Below, piece after piece: positions 30,703 through 44,476 of a DNA stretch of 64,000 nt (position 1 is its first letter; each line of letters begins with the position of its first letter). The translations under genes were made by a program, and so were the position numbers. The stretch covers positions 496,001 through 560,000 of the forward strand of contig JAWMAR010000344.1 of the NCBI GenBank assembly GCA_036785375.1. Direction: 5' to 3'. The DNA comes from Leucoraja ocellata (lineage: Eukaryota). The notes under the pieces were generated by a model. It was not told the origin of the DNA and did not search any database. It saw nothing but the letters and a program-made list of their open reading frames with translations.

Positions 30703-31281
30703 TAACCATATAACAATTACAGCATGGAAACAGGCCATCTTGGCCCTTCTAGTCCGTGCCGAACACTTATTCCCCTAGTCCTACCTACCTGCACTCAGAC
30801 CATAACCCTCCATTCCTTTCCCGTCCATATAACTATTCAATTTATTTTTAAATGATAAAATCGAACCTGCCTCCACCACTTCCACTGGAAGCTCATTCCA
30901 CACAGCTACCACTCTCTGAGTAAAGAAGTTCCCCCTCATGATACCCCTAAACTTCTGTCCCTTAATTCTCAAGTCATGTCCTCTTGTTTGAATCGTCCCC
31001 ACTCTCAATGGGAAAAGCTTATCCACGTCTACTCTGTCTATCCCTCTCATCATTTTAAAGACCTCTATCAAGTCCCCCCTTAACCTTCTGCGCTCCAAAG
31101 AATAAAGACCTAACTTGTTCAACCTTTCTCTGTAACTTAGTTGCTGAAACCCAGGCAACATTCTAGTAAATCTCCTCTGTCCTCTCTCTATTTTGTTGAC
31201 ATCCTTCCTATAATTAGGCGACCAAAATTGTACACCCTACTCCAGAATTGGTCTCACCAATGCCTTGTACAGTTTTAACAC
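30703..31281 (-). mobile_element. CR1 LINE 3' end (TATATGGT tail subfamily)
   Basis: MLPGFQQLSYRERLNKLGLYSLERRRLRGDLIEVFK ORF. Confidence 0.92.
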
Positions 31282-33150
31282 AACCCGTGCATTTGTGAGC
31301 TAGGCAAAATGAATTTCACTGTACAGTACACACGTGACAATAACCATTGTATAATAATAACATCAAAATGTAAAAGCTTTCACAGAAGTTCTATTCGTGG
31401 TATCACTAGGCAGAAGCTTAGCTGCATGCAAATGGCAGCTGATTTTTAAATTATCAGAAGATATAATGCGTTGGAAAATGACTCTAATAGTCATGCACCA
31501 TATACACATCGGGAAATTAATAGGCAATTAATACTCAATTTAGATCCGAACAGAAGATTATTTATGTGAAATTCATACTCCTCATTATGTCTGATGTGAT
31601 TACGATTTGTGAGCTAATTTAAAAAAGCAAAACCCAAGCTATCACTGAAATGCCATTTATAGGTTTGGTTACGCTTTCTTCAGTTTGAACAATCCACAGG
31701 TCACAGCTGTGGCAAGAATTTTCAGTGGTCATGCTAATTCGCTGACCAGTCCTTGAAAATAACATTTGGTTTCATTACGAAAGCATTTTCATAAATCATG
31801 ATTTTCAAAATAACATCTCAAGGATCTTTAATTTTCTTTCCGCTCAACCCTGGTCCTGGAAGCAGTTATGACCTGCGATGATTTAATGTGCAGAAGACCT
31901 GTGTTTAGTTTAGTTTAATTTAGTTTAGTTTACTGATACAGTGTGGAAACAGGCCCTTCGGCCCACTGGGTCCATGCTGACCAGCGACAATCCAAATCAT
32001 ACACATTCCTAGCAGAGAAAGTATATATTTGGCAAATAACTTAGTTTAACGATTCGTCCCTTTAGAAAGTTATTGACTTTTATTTGTCGTAGGTATAAAC
32101 AATTATGAGAGGCATAGATAGGGTAGACAGTCGGAAGCTTTTCCCAGGATGGAAAATAATCAAATATGACAGGACATAGTTGTAAGGTGAGAGGAGCAAA
32201 ATGTAAAGTAGATATGCGGGACAAGTTTATTTGAGGAAACCGGAGCACCCGGAGAAAACCCACGCAATCACGGGGAGAACGTACAAACTCCATTCAGACT
32301 GCACCCGAAGTAAGGATCGAACCCGGGTCCCTGGTGCTGTAAGGCTGCAGTGTCTGGAACGCGCTGCCAGGGTTGGTGGTTGCGGCAGATATGATAGTGA
32401 TGGTTACGGGACTTTTGCATAGGCAGGCAATGGAGGGATATGGATTATGTGCAGGTAGATAATAGATAGAAGATAGACAAAAAGCTGGAGTAACTCAGCG
32501 GGGCAGGCAGCATTTCTGGAGTGAAGTAATGGGTGACCTTTCGGGTTGAGACCCTTCTTCAGATAATAGATAGTCTTGGCATCATGTTCGGCACAGATAG
32601 CATAGACTGAAGGGCCTGTTCTTGCTCTGTATTGTTCTATGTATAAACACAGCCTAATTTTACAGGACAAGAATGTAAGAAGTAGAACCTGTGGATTGAC
32701 ATTACTGTTGTATATTATGATGTTTCCGTGCAATTTAATCTTTCAATATACCTGTAAATCACAGCACAAGTCATACATAATCCTAGCAGAGAAAAATATA
32801 TATTGAGCACATAATTTAGTTTAAGGATTTGTCCCTTAGAAATAAATTATTTGTTCAGATGCGAAAGTTAATGATTAAATGAAGCTTTAATTTTCAGTGA
32901 TTATGCTTGCCTCTAACGCAGCAATTGTGCACATAAATGGAACCAAAATGTCAGAGATCTTGTGGTGTTAATTATTCTCTAGAAGCACAGAGTTTCTTGC
33001 CCAAAGTAGGGGAATCGAGAACCAGAGGACATGGGTTTAAGGTGGGAGGGGGGGGAACAATTTAATAAGGATCTGAGGGGTAACTTTTGCACGCCAAAGG
33101 GTGGTAGGTGTAAGGACAAGCTGCCGGAGGAGGTAGTTGAGGCAGGGACT

Positions 33151-33985
33151 ATACAATACAATACAATACAAAGCACTTTATTTGTCCCCGAGGGGCAATT
33201 CAGATGTCCCTGCAGCACACTAATAAAAAGACAACATAGCATTCAAGAAGTTTAACATTAGAACATAAAAACATCCCCCCACAATGGTTCCCACTGTGGG
33301 GGAAGGCACAAAGTCCAGTCCCCATCCTCTTGTCCACCCAAAGTCGGTCCTATAAGGCCTCCACAGTCGCCGCCACGGGGACCCGATGTTCCCGGCCGTT
33401 CTCGCCGGGTGATGGTACTCCGGCGTCGGGAGAACCCTCAGCGGCTTGGGGTGCCAGGAACGGCCGCCCTCCTACCGGAGACCACGGCTTCCAAGCCAAC
33501 AGACCGCGCCGAACGGAGCCCCACACACTGGCAATCTCGGCGAGAGATCCCAGGCTCCGAGATGTAAGTTCAGCGCCGCAGCTGGCCGCTCCACAGAACC
33601 CCGGCTCCACGATGTTATTATCGGCGGTCCCAGCATACTGGAGTTCCAGCGCGGCGACCCAGACAAGGCATCGCCCGCTCCACGATAGCGCTCCAGCACT
33701 GCGCCGCCGCCAAAGCCGAGGCTCCGACCAGGTTCCCTCAGGAAACGTCGCTCCAGGACCCGCTGGTAGGCCGCGAGGACAGGTCGAAGGTGCTGCTCGG
33801 AGGAAGGCAGCCTCTCCGACCAGGTAGGGACTTGAAAAGCAGTTTCCCCCTTCCTCCCCCACCACCCCCCACACATAAAAGATTAGACCCCCCCAACTAA
33901 ACACTTTAACGTACTAAAAATAATAAAAAGAAGTGAAAGAAAACGGACAGCTGCAGGATAGGCGCCGTTCAGGACAGCGCCCCCA
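33151..33985 (-). mobile_element. GC-rich non-autonomous retroposon with Rex1/Babar-type tail
   Basis: On - strand: T-rich leader, G-run, hairpin, GC-rich core, 3' stem-loop, AATAAA, (TATTG)n; related copies elsewhere in the window. Confidence 0.65.
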
Positions 33986-35094
33986 CCGAAATCGCAACCA
34001 TATAACCATATAACCATATAACAATTACAGCATGGAAACAGGCCATCTCGGCCCTACAAGTCCGTGCCGAACAGTTATTTTCCCTTAGTCCCATCTACCT
34101 GCACTCAGACCATAACCCTCCATTCCTTCCCCATCCATATACCTATCCAATTTATTTTTAAATGATAAAATCGAACCTGCCTCCACCATTTCCACTGGAA
34201 GCTCATTCCACACAGCCACCACTCTCTGAGTAAAGAAGTTCCCCCTCATGTTACCCCTAAACTTCTGTCCCTTAATTCTGAAGTCAACGTTTAAGAAACG
34301 CAACGTTTAAGAAACATTTAGACAGGTACATGGATAGGACAGTATTAGAGGGATATGGGTCAAGTGCAGGTAGGTGGGACTAGTATAGATGGGACAAGTT
34401 GGCCAATGTGGGCAAGTTGGGCCGAAGGGCCTGTTTCCATGTTTTATGATTCTATGACTCTATAACTTTATCTTGGAACGCTGTTCACCTCACTTGAGTC
34501 TCCGTTTTACCCACCCAGTGAAGTGATGACGTCTGTGGAGAGGGAGCAGATGCTAGCACTTCATCAGAGCTGAAATGTGTGCTGGTATAAACGGCTTCCC
34601 TTCAACACTACACTGGTTTCAGATCTGCTTCCTGCCACTTGATTTACCTCCTGGAATGTTAAGATCTGATCAAGATGCAATTTCATGCAGAAATGTCCTT
34701 TTAAAAAAAACTCCACAATTATTTTTGTTTTTGTTTAAGGTTTTGCTCTGTAGCATTTCCAGACTAAATGTAATAGCTTTATATTAACTGTGTATGGAGT
34801 GTATTGACTTTCATTCATTCTTTCTCTATGTGTTATCTCCTTGGAAATGTCATCAACATGAAACAAGTTGTCATATGCACATGATCAATGCGGCAGAGGA
34901 AGGTTATGGAGAAAGAAGGAACTGCAGATGCTGGTCCAAAAAAAAGGCACTATGTCTCACAATAAACCATAGGGTGAATGAATAAACTCCGTACAGACAG
35001 CACCCATAGTCTGGATCAAACCTGGGTCTCTGGCGCTGTAAGGCAACAAATCTACCACTGTGCCACTGTATTGCCTTATGGATGTGAAGTGTAA

Positions 35095-35385
35095 TAGCCC
35101 TCTCCCACGGTACGAGTTCATTCTAAGAGCTCTCCCGAGTTTAAAAAAAAATCAAACTCGTGGTAGGCACGGAGAATGAACGTAGCGGGTACGTCGGAGC
35201 TCGGGGACGTCTCTTAACGCTAACGGCAGATACTCGGGGAGACTCGCTAGATTTTTCAACATGATGAAAAATGTCCACGAGAGCCCCGAGTACCGACGAG
35301 CGGCCATTACCGTAAATCTCCGAGTTCGAATCAGGACAAACTCGGGAGAGCTCTTGGAATGAACTCGTACCGTAGGACAGGGGTT
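35095..35385. mobile_element. PIF/Harbinger-like MITE
   Basis: ~47-bp TIRs (CCCTCTCCCACGGTACGAGTTCATTCTAAGAGCTCTCCCGAGTTT and its inverse); TAA on both sides. Confidence 0.75.
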
Positions 35386-35765
35386 TAAGGCTCTCAAATG
35401 CCTCAGTGAAAATATCCAACAGGAGTGTTGTTGCAAGAAGATCAATATTCAAGCCCTTATCCAGGTAACAAAGCTATGTATTCTTAGACTGCACCTCTCA
35501 GCCAACCTGCCAACTCCCAGCCTTACAGGAACCATTGAGTGTCTACAGTTTATGTGTTATCCTGAAGTCTGCCATATTTGTCACCCTCGAAGAAATTCTC
35601 GGCTACTCTGACCAGAATTGATCTGCACTGATTTGATGAGAATAACCAGGAGTTTGTGCAGCTAATAACCCACAAACACAACAGGTCAAGCGATGTGACA
35701 TGATGCGACTTAGCTAGATATGAAGTATGTAGGAAGGAACTGCAGATGCTAGTTTATACTGAAGA

Positions 35766-36121
35766 TAATAATAATAATAACTTTATTTATAGGGCACTTT
35801 AAAAACAACCACTGTTGCAACAAAGTGCTGTACATGACTAATCATGGACAAAACAAAATGATTACAAGACAATAAAAATATTAAAAGAGAAAGTAAAAAC
35901 AATAAAAAAACATTAAAAACACTAAAACAGGAGCAGTCTCATGCAGGGTCAAAAGCCAAGGAATAGAAAAGGGTTTTAAGTGGTTTTGAAGATGGACAGT
36001 GAGGGGGCCTGTCTGATGTGCAACGGCCGAGTGTTCCATAATGTCGGAGCAGCAACAGAGAAGGTTCTATCCCCCCTGAGCTTCCGCTTAGACCTCGGTA
36101 CCTCCAGGAGCAGCTGATCAG
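35766..36121 (-). mobile_element. L2 LINE 3' end inserted in a Penelope-derived short element
   Basis: Minus strand reads LLEVPRSKRKLRGDRTFSVAAPTLWNT; (TAT)n tail after ATAAATAAAG. Confidence 0.8.
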
Positions 36122-37729
36122 AGATGAACTCAAAGTGTTGGAGTAACTCAGCGGGTCAGGCAGCATTTCTGGAGTTTTGTGTCTGAAGGAGGGGTCCAAC
36201 CCGAATTTTCACCCATCCTTTTTCTCCAGAGATGGTGCCTGACCCACTGAGTTACTCCAGCATTTTTGTTTCCATCTTAGCTAAATATGAAATGTGTTAA
36301 ATAATTATTTGGCAGAGTAATGTGCTGAAACAATTCTGACTGTTTGAACGAGCCAGCCCATTGTAGTCACAAAACTATGCGAGATGGTCATAAAGTCATA
36401 AAGTCAGAAGGGATAGGAGTAGAATGAGGCCATTTGGTCCATCATTAACTCCGCCATTCAATCATGGCTGATCTTCTCTCCCTCCTAACCCCATTCTCCT
36501 GCCTTCTCCCTATAACCTCTGACACATGTACTAATCAAGAATCTATCTATCTCTGAGTTAGATAGAGCTCTAGGGGCTAGTGAAATCAAGGGATAAGGGG
36601 AGAAGGCGGGCACGGGTTATTGATGGGGGACAATCAGCCATGATTGCAATGAATGGCGGTGCTGGCTTGAAGGGCCGAATGGCCTCCTCCTGCACCTATT
36701 TTCTATGTTTCTATGTTTCTATGCCTTAAAAATATCCACTGACTTGGCCTTCACAGCCTTCTGTGGCAAAGAATTCCACAGTGCTGAATGTGACATTCAG
36801 ATGGTTGAATAAAACAACGATATGCCGACCAAGATGAACAGATTGTCAGAGCAAGGAAAGTCCCCGACACCCTCAGGGAAAGGATCTGGTAACTTGACTA
36901 AATCACTTCTGATTTTATTTTAATTTGAGGCATGTCTTGCACATATCATGAAATGCAGTTCAGATAATATTTGGTGCATGGTTTCCTGCTTTCTAAATGA
37001 AAACGTTGTTGTCACTCAAAACTATTAGCCAGGAAATGTTGGCCTGGAGAGGGTGCTAATGAACAGGTGGACAGCATTTGAGGAAACAAGTAGAGAAGAC
37101 TATAAAATAGCAAAGTTAGTAGAGGCACAGGAGAAAGAAGCAAGTTCAGAAAATCCATGCAGGTCATGGGGAGAACGTACAAACTCCGTACAGACAGCAC
37201 CCGTAGTCTGGATCGATCCCGGGTCTCTGCTGCTGTGAGGCAGCAACTCTACCACTGCGCCACCGTGCTGCCCTGCACTGTGTGGGGGAATCAAAGAGTT
37301 GCCATCTGTAACAGCAAGGAAATGAATACAAATATTTGCATAAAGCATCAACAGAGCCAACACCTTGTTTGCTGTTTGAAATGCCAAATATGTCTATATA
37401 TTTTAAAGCGGTAATCCAGAAAATATTTTCAAATGTGACTTTTCAAAATACCGAAATTACTGTGTAAATGAAAAAAAAGTATTCAGAGATTTTTTTTTCC
37501 ATCATTTCCGTTGGCCATTGACATCAGATTTACAAGTAGACCTAAAGTCTTTTGTTTTTTTTAACTAATTGCCAACATTTCTGTCAGTTTTCAATGGTGA
37601 ATGCAAAGCACCAATAATCTAGTGAAGGGCAGCACAGTGGCACAGTGGTAGAGGTGCTGCCTTACAGCACCGGGGACCTGGGTTTGATCCTGACTACGGG
37701 TGCTGTCCATATGGAGTTTGCATGTTCTC

Positions 37730-38686
37730 CCTGCTGTACTCACTCTATACCCATGACTGCGTAGCCGGTCACAGTGCGAACTCCATCATCAAGTTCGCTG
37801 ACGACACCACTGTTGTGGGACGTATCACTGATGGGGATGAGTCAGAATATAAAAGAGAGATCGAGCAACTGTCCATATGGTGCCAGCGGAATAACCTGGT
37901 CCTCAACGCCAGCAAAACCAAGGAACTGATTGTGGACTTTGGAAGGAGTAGGAGGGGGACCCACAGCCCCGTTTATATCAACGGGTCGATGGTTGAAAGG
38001 GTCGAGAGCTTTAAATTCCTGGGCGTGCACATCTCTGAAGATCTTACCTGGTCCGAGAACACTAATGCAATTATCAAGAAAGCACATTAGCGCCTCTACT
38101 TCCTGAGAAGACTACGGAGAGTCGGTTTGTCAAGGAGGACTCTCTCTAACTTCTACAGGTGCACAGTAGAGAGTATGCTGACTGGTTGCATCGTGGCTTG
38201 GTTCGGCAACTTGAGTGCCCTGGAAAGGAAAAGACTACAAAAAGTAGTAAACACTGCCCAGTCCATCATCGGCTCTGACCTTCCTTCCATCGAGGGGATT
38301 TATCGCAGTCGCTGCCTCAAAAAGGCTGGCAGTATCATCAAAGACCCACACCATCCTGGCCACACACTCATCTCCTTGCTACCTTCAGGTAGAAGGTACA
38401 GGAGCCTGAAGACTGCAGCAACCAGGTTCAGGAATAGCTACTTCCCCACAGCCATCAGGCTATTAAACCTGGCTCGGACAAAACTTTGATTATTAATAAC
38501 CAATTATCTGTTATTTGCACTTTATCAGTTTATTTATTCATGTGTGTATATATTTATATTACGGTATATGGACACACTGATCTGTTTTGTAGTCAATGCC
38601 TACTATGTCCTGTGTGCTGAAGCAAAGCAAGAATTTCATTGTCCTATCAAGGACACAGGACAATAAACTCACTTGAACTTGAATTT
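37730..38686 (+). mobile_element. Rex1/Babar LINE 3' portion (RT domain and C-terminus), inserted into a V-SINE (37627-37735 and 38687-38878)
   Basis: LLYSLYTHDC...IIKFADDTTVVG...KTKELIVDF...FKFLGVHISEDLTW, one in-frame TAG at 38088-38090, then RLYFLRRLRR...FYRCTVES; tail AATAAA...CTTGAACTTGAATT. Confidence 0.92.
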
Positions 38687-39894
38687 GACCGCAAGAGTTT
38701 TCTCTGGTGCTCCGGTTTCCTCCCACATTCTAAAGACATGCAGGCTTGTAGGTTAATTGGCCACTGTAAATTATCCCGAGAGTGTAGGATAGAACTAGTG
38801 TATGGATGATCGTTGGTTTGCACTGACTTGGTGCGCCGAAGGGCCTGTTTCAACGCAGTATCTCTAAACTAAACTAAGTAGATTTGAAAACAAGAAAAAT
38901 GGTTGACACACTTGACAATATCATTTCATCCCTTAAATGTTATGTTTTCAGACACTTGGAATCCAGATATATCTATTATCAATTTTTTTAAAATGATTTC
39001 AATAAATTTGTGTCGATCTGCTGAAACTTTCAGTGTCATCCCAAACTTTCCTGCCTGAAGATACTTTGAATACACAAGACTTATATTGCATCTCCCAACT
39101 CAAAAGCATCTACGCTGCATTTGACCAGAAATTGCTGGAGTATCATAATGGGAAAGATGTATCATTTTCTGACGGACAAGGAAGAAATGAAAATAACTTT
39201 GTAAATGACACAGAACATTGGAAAATGCATAAACTCATCATTGGGTACGGTTTGTGCATTGAAAAGACAGCTGCTATTGTTTCGTCAGCTTTGCTGTGAA
39301 AGTTGATAGCAGCCTCTCACAAAACCACATCATTAATATCACCAACAGACTTTACTTAAATGTCCATCTGTCAATTACTATATTGCTGCAGAGTGAGATT
39401 AAATACAATCTTCTCTCAACAGCACCTTTCTGCTATTATATATTGCCAAAGAGTGGGTGGACTGCTTTAACATTCATGGAACGGATATGAAACCCAATGC
39501 CATATGATGTCTGCTGAACTTGTTATAGAAATCATTGAGTCATAAAATAGGAATTAGTGGCAATGTGACATTCATCCAAGATCATGCAGCTTAGCTGCTT
39601 TATCTAATAAAATGCAAGAACACGATGAACATTTTTCCTTTTGTTAGGAGTTTGCTGTAATTCTGATAGCAAGCAGTGAGTGATCCAATACAGTATGAAA
39701 ATATAACATCATTTTTTCTTTCAGTAATTAGGTGACTTGTCTTCTCAAGAACAATATTTTGCAAATTTATTATCATCTATATCCTGCTTAAGTTACATTT
39801 TATAAATTAAATTGAGTTTTATATTGAAGGGAAATAGTTTGATTAAATTTTTTTATTCAAAGTTACCCCCAATAAGTTAACAACTAGAGTATTG

Positions 39895-40572
39895 ACTGTG
39901 GAAACTGGGAGGTCATGTTGCGGCTATAAAAGACATTGATGAGGCCAACATTGACAGTATTGTGTTCAAGAAGGAACTGCAGATGCTGGAAAATCGAAGG
40001 TACACAAAAAAGCTGGAGAAACTCAGCGGGTGCAGCAGCATCTATGGAGCGACAGTATTGTGTTTGGTTTTGGGCATCATGTTACAGGAAAAATGTTATC
40101 AAGCTGGAAAGTGTGCAGAGAAGATTTACAAGGATGTTGCCAAGACTTGAGGGCCTGAGCTATATGGAGAGGTTGAGTGGGCTAGTACTCTATTCCTTGG
40201 AGCACAGGATGATGAGGGGTGATTTCATAGAGGTGTCCAAAATTATTAGAGGAATAGAATGGGTGAAAGTCCTTTGCCCAGAGTAAGGGAATTAAGAACC
40301 AGAGGATATAGTTTTAAGGTGAGGGGGACGATCTAATAGAAACCTAAGGGATAACTTCTTACACAATGAGTGGTGGGTGTATGGAACGAGCTACCAGAGG
40401 AGGTAGTTGAGGCAGGTACTATCACTACGTTTAAGAAACATTTAGACCGATAGATTTAGAGGGATATGGGCCAAACGCAGGCGGATGGGACTACTGTAGA
40501 TGGGACATGTTGGTCGGTGTGGACAAGTTGGGCTGAAGGGCCTATATCTACACTGTATGACTCTATGACTCT
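39895..40572 (+). mobile_element. CR1 (HER1-like) 3' end with an internal Penelope-derived short insert (~39963-40050)
   Basis: YCVWFWA...KLESVQRRFTRMLP; CTATGACT tail. Confidence 0.85.
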
Positions 40573-41184
40573 ACAAATCAAATCACAGCTGGTGAGGCAA
40601 TGACCAAAATTTAGAAAATCTGTAAATCTGAAATCAAAGCCTATGTACTCAGAAAATATGATATGCACTTCAGTATGACCAAGTGGAATTCGGAGAAATT
40701 AAGAGACCAAGAAATTAATGTAAAATTAAATTAAATTAAATGTGTAGGTTAATTGGCCCCTGTAAATTACCCCTAATGTGCAGGGAGTAGATGAGAAAAT
40801 GGGATAACATAGAACTAGTGTGAATGAGTGATTGATGGTCAGGGTGGACTTGGTGGGCTGAAGGGCCTGCTTCCGTGCTGTATCTCTATAAAAATAGAAC
40901 TTGCACCAGGATTGAAAGAACTTCAGTCAAGGATCCAGGGTAGCTGATGCCTGTACCTTGACTTAATGGTGTATTGTGTCAGTGAAGAGCCCTGAAGTGT
41001 TTTGCCCCAGCAAACAAAGAGAGAGATCAGCTATTGATGCAAAGAGGAATTAGTGGAATTTGCCCAGTTCCAGCATCAGAAATGTTCTGCTTTTTCTTTT
41101 CAGTTCAGGAAGTGATGGGAACCTTAATGTATCTTAATTAATCTATAATCCCACTCCCACCCTCGCATCTTCTCCTGGTTCTGG

Positions 41185-41478
41185 GGTGGCACAGTGGCAC
41201 AACGGTAGAGTTGCTGCCTTACAACGCCAGAGACCCGGGTTCGATCCTGACTACGAATGCTGTCTGCACAGAGTTTGGATGCTCTCCCCGTAACCTGCGT
41301 GGGTTTTCCCCGGGTGCTCTGGTTTCCTGCCACACTTCAAAGACATACAGATTTGTTAGTTATATGGCTTCGGTAAAAATTGTAAATTGTCCCCAGTGTG
41401 TAGCGTAGGGCTGGTGTACAGGGATCGCTGGTCGGCGCAGATGGGCCTGTTTACATGCTGTATTTCTAAACTAAACTA
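41185..41478 (+). mobile_element. HE1-like V-SINE
   Basis: Head with GGTTCGATCC, V-domain, CTAAA tail. Confidence 0.85.
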
Positions 41479-41947
41479 ATCTTTCACTTCCCTAAATGGC
41501 AACCACTTAGATGGCAATGTTTATTTATCTCCTTCCAATACTATTTTAACATCCTTTCATAAGATCATGTGATAGGAACAGAGTGGCCACTCGGCTGAAT
41601 GAATTGCAGGCATTCATTCGGGCTATTCGGCCCATCAAGTCTACTCTACCATTCAATCATGGTTGATCTACCTTTCCCTCTCAACTGCATTCCCCCGAAC
41701 CCCGGACACTCGTATGAATCAAGAATCTGTAAATCTCCACTTTAAAACTATCCATTGACTTTCATTTTGTGCATATTGTCCCCTGCTCCCATCCTTATGC
41801 TCACCTAAATATTCACCCTCAACAAATGCACTCCAACCACTATCGAAACACACATCATTGCAGGCATTCATAAGTTTGCATTTTCACATTGACAAGAGGA
41901 GAGCATAGAATAAGAAGGGGGAAACACAAAGTAAATGTCCACAGATC

Positions 41948-42397
41948 TGGATAGACTCGGCTTGTACTCGCTAGAATTTAGAAGATTGAGGGGGGATATT
42001 ATAGAAACGTACAAAATTCTTAAGGGGTTGGACAGGCTAGATGCAGGAAGATTGTTCCCGATGTTGGGGAAGTCCAGAACACGGGGTCACAGTTTAAGGA
42101 TAAAGGGGAAATCTTTTAGGACTGAGATGAGAAAAACATTTTTTACACAGAGAGTGGTGAATCTCTAGAATTCTCTGCCACAGAATGTATTTGAGGCCAG
42201 TTCATTGGCTATATTTAAGAGGGAGTTAGATGTGGCCCTTGTGGCTAAAGGGATCAGGGGGTATGGAGAGAAGGCAGGTACAGGATACTGAGTTGGATGA
42301 TCAGCCATGATCATATTGAATGGTGGTGCAGGCTCGAAGGGCCGAATGGCCTACTCCTGCACCTATTTTCTATGTTTCTATGTTTCTATGTTTCTAT
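41948..42397 (+). mobile_element. CR1 LINE 3' end (CTATGTTT tail subfamily)
   Basis: LGLYSLEFRRLRGDIIETYKILKG; (CTATGTTT)3 tail. Confidence 0.92.
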
Positions 42398-43558
42398 CCC
42401 ACTGTAATAATAGCATGTGAGCAGGAGTTTAAGGTCAGGGGTGATTCACTTGTCAGAGGAGGGTGGTACAATAAATATCAAATTAACCTCGCATCACACA
42501 ACACCTTGTCCAGTTGATTTGATTTCAGCAGTGGGTGAAATGTGATCATCTTCACAATGATTAGTCAGATCCTTTCAATCCTGGCAATGTTAATTCGGGC
42601 TTTTTCTTACCAGGGCATTCAGACACAGATCGGAATAGTTTAGAGAGAGTTTGGAGCGCGGAAACAGGGCCTTCTCCCCACTGCGTCCCGACCAACCAAT
42701 GATCCCCGTACACTCGTACTATCCTACACAATAGGATCAATTTTAACAGTTTTAACAGTCAGTCTTAAAACATATAGATTTATCTGGATAGATTAATCGA
42801 TAGGACCTGATTAAATGTATAGAGGACACTGTGGGAAGCGAGAGAATAAATTATGGAGCCGCAGGTAGAGATATCTGTATCATTGATAGCTATGGATGAG
42901 GAAGTAGAGGGTGAGGGTGAATATGTCAGAACTGAGCTCCAGCTGCAGTCAATATACTAAGCCTCACACAGTCCTATTCATGCATCGTCCTCTGCCTGTA
43001 AAGATGCAGATTCACAGAAGATGCAGTTATAAAACTCTCATTGTGTTTTCAAAGTCTCTATTGTCTTAGGATTGCTTTATTTTAAGCTGGTGACTAGCAT
43101 CAGCATCAAACCGAGGAATATGATGCCATCGTCTTCAGTGTCAGATGAGTCCACAGCTGGCGCCCGTGCAGATTGTAATGCATACATACAAATGTGACAT
43201 CTCTGTGTGTTTATCACGGTGCACATTTGGACTGACTAAGGAGAGCATTGAATAAACCTGATTTGTGTTTTAACGTATATTCAAATTAAGACTCTTGTGT
43301 TTTAAGACTCTATTCAAACTAAAAACACTCTTCAGAAACAAAAGATTGAATGGTTATGAGCTGGACCAGTGATTTTCTTTTCTGTTTGGTTATTTCTTGT
43401 TTGTGGACTGTTCAACAGATTTTGGGTCCATTTGTCCCCATTATTTTGTTTTTCCATGAAAATGTATAGAAAATAACAGGGGGTAGAACCAGAAAAGTTT
43501 TCGAACCTGGACTCAGGAGCTGTGGACTCAGGAGCTGCAGACTCCGGCTCTTGTACTT

Positions 43559-44476
43559 CCGGTGGTGCTGGTGCCAGCAGCCTCCACCTACAGCCCGGTA
43601 TCTTTTTGTTTTTCTGTTTATTTTGTTATGTTAAAAGTGTATTTTTTTGTGTTTTTTTGTGTTTTTATGTGGGGGAAGAGGGCACGGTGCGGGGGATACC
43701 GTCCTTCAGCCGCTTCCTGGTGAGGACGCGACTATTATTCGAGTCGCGTCCTCCCCCCCCCCCCCCCCCCCCCACAGCGGCCTACCTACCTGGATTGGCG
43801 CGGCCTTTCCTGCCAGGATCGACCGGAGCTCCAGCAGCGGCGGGACAGCGCTGAAACATCGCGGGGCTGGTGATGCCTTACCGGGGGTCGCCGTCTGGAG
43901 CCCGGAGTGCTGGACCTGCTGCACCAACATCAAGGAGCTGCGGTTTGCAGAGCTCCCAACGCGGGCGGCGCTGATGGACAGCGCGGGGTCCTGCGACTCT
44001 GCCCAGCTCGGCCTGTGGACTCAGGAGCTGCAGACTCCGGCAGCAGGAGGCGGCTGATCAGGAGGTCCGGGCCGCTGAGGAGGAGGATGCTCACCGTCGG
44101 GGCTCGGCGTCGGCGTTCTACCAGCCCGGCGTGAGGGCCTGAACATCGGGCCACCCGGGGCGGCGACTGCAGGTGCTCGGAAGGCCCCGACTACGGATGG
44201 ACACGGAGGGGAGGCTGGCTGGACTATGGTGCCGTCCTCACCTGGGTGCCATTTATGTTATGTTGTGTTGTGGACTTTTTGTGTTTGTGCTTTTGTTAAA
44301 TTTTTAATTCAATTTCAATTTTATTTTTTTTTAATATGTTTTATTATTTATTTATTATTTATTTTTATTATTTTTCTTGTGATTTTTTTTTAACGATACT
44401 GCTGTACGGGAAATTCATTTCGTTGTCTCAAAGTGAGGCAACGACAATAAAATTTGAATACAATACAATACAATAC
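43559..44476 (+). mobile_element. GC-rich non-autonomous retroposon, apparently full length
   Basis: T-rich leader, perfect 12-bp hairpin 43722-43753, GC-rich core, 3' stem-loop, AATAAA, (ATACA)n tail. Confidence 0.65.

Noticed and set aside
33330-33904. Long overlapping ORFs on both strands in GC-rich elements (also 22442-23130, 43522-44154, 46479-47041, 53606-54205)
   Set aside because: Stop-poor by composition, not conserved between copies, and no recognisable domains.
39033-39299. 88-codon ORF preceded by an acceptor-like CTTTCAG
   Set aside because: No recognisable homology or partner exons; length is compatible with chance.
43690-43795. Possible HDV-like ribozyme around the retroposon hairpin (GG-hairpin-GGCCTAC)
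   Set aside because: I could not build P1/P2/P3/L3 consistently across copies; it remains only a hairpin of unknown function.
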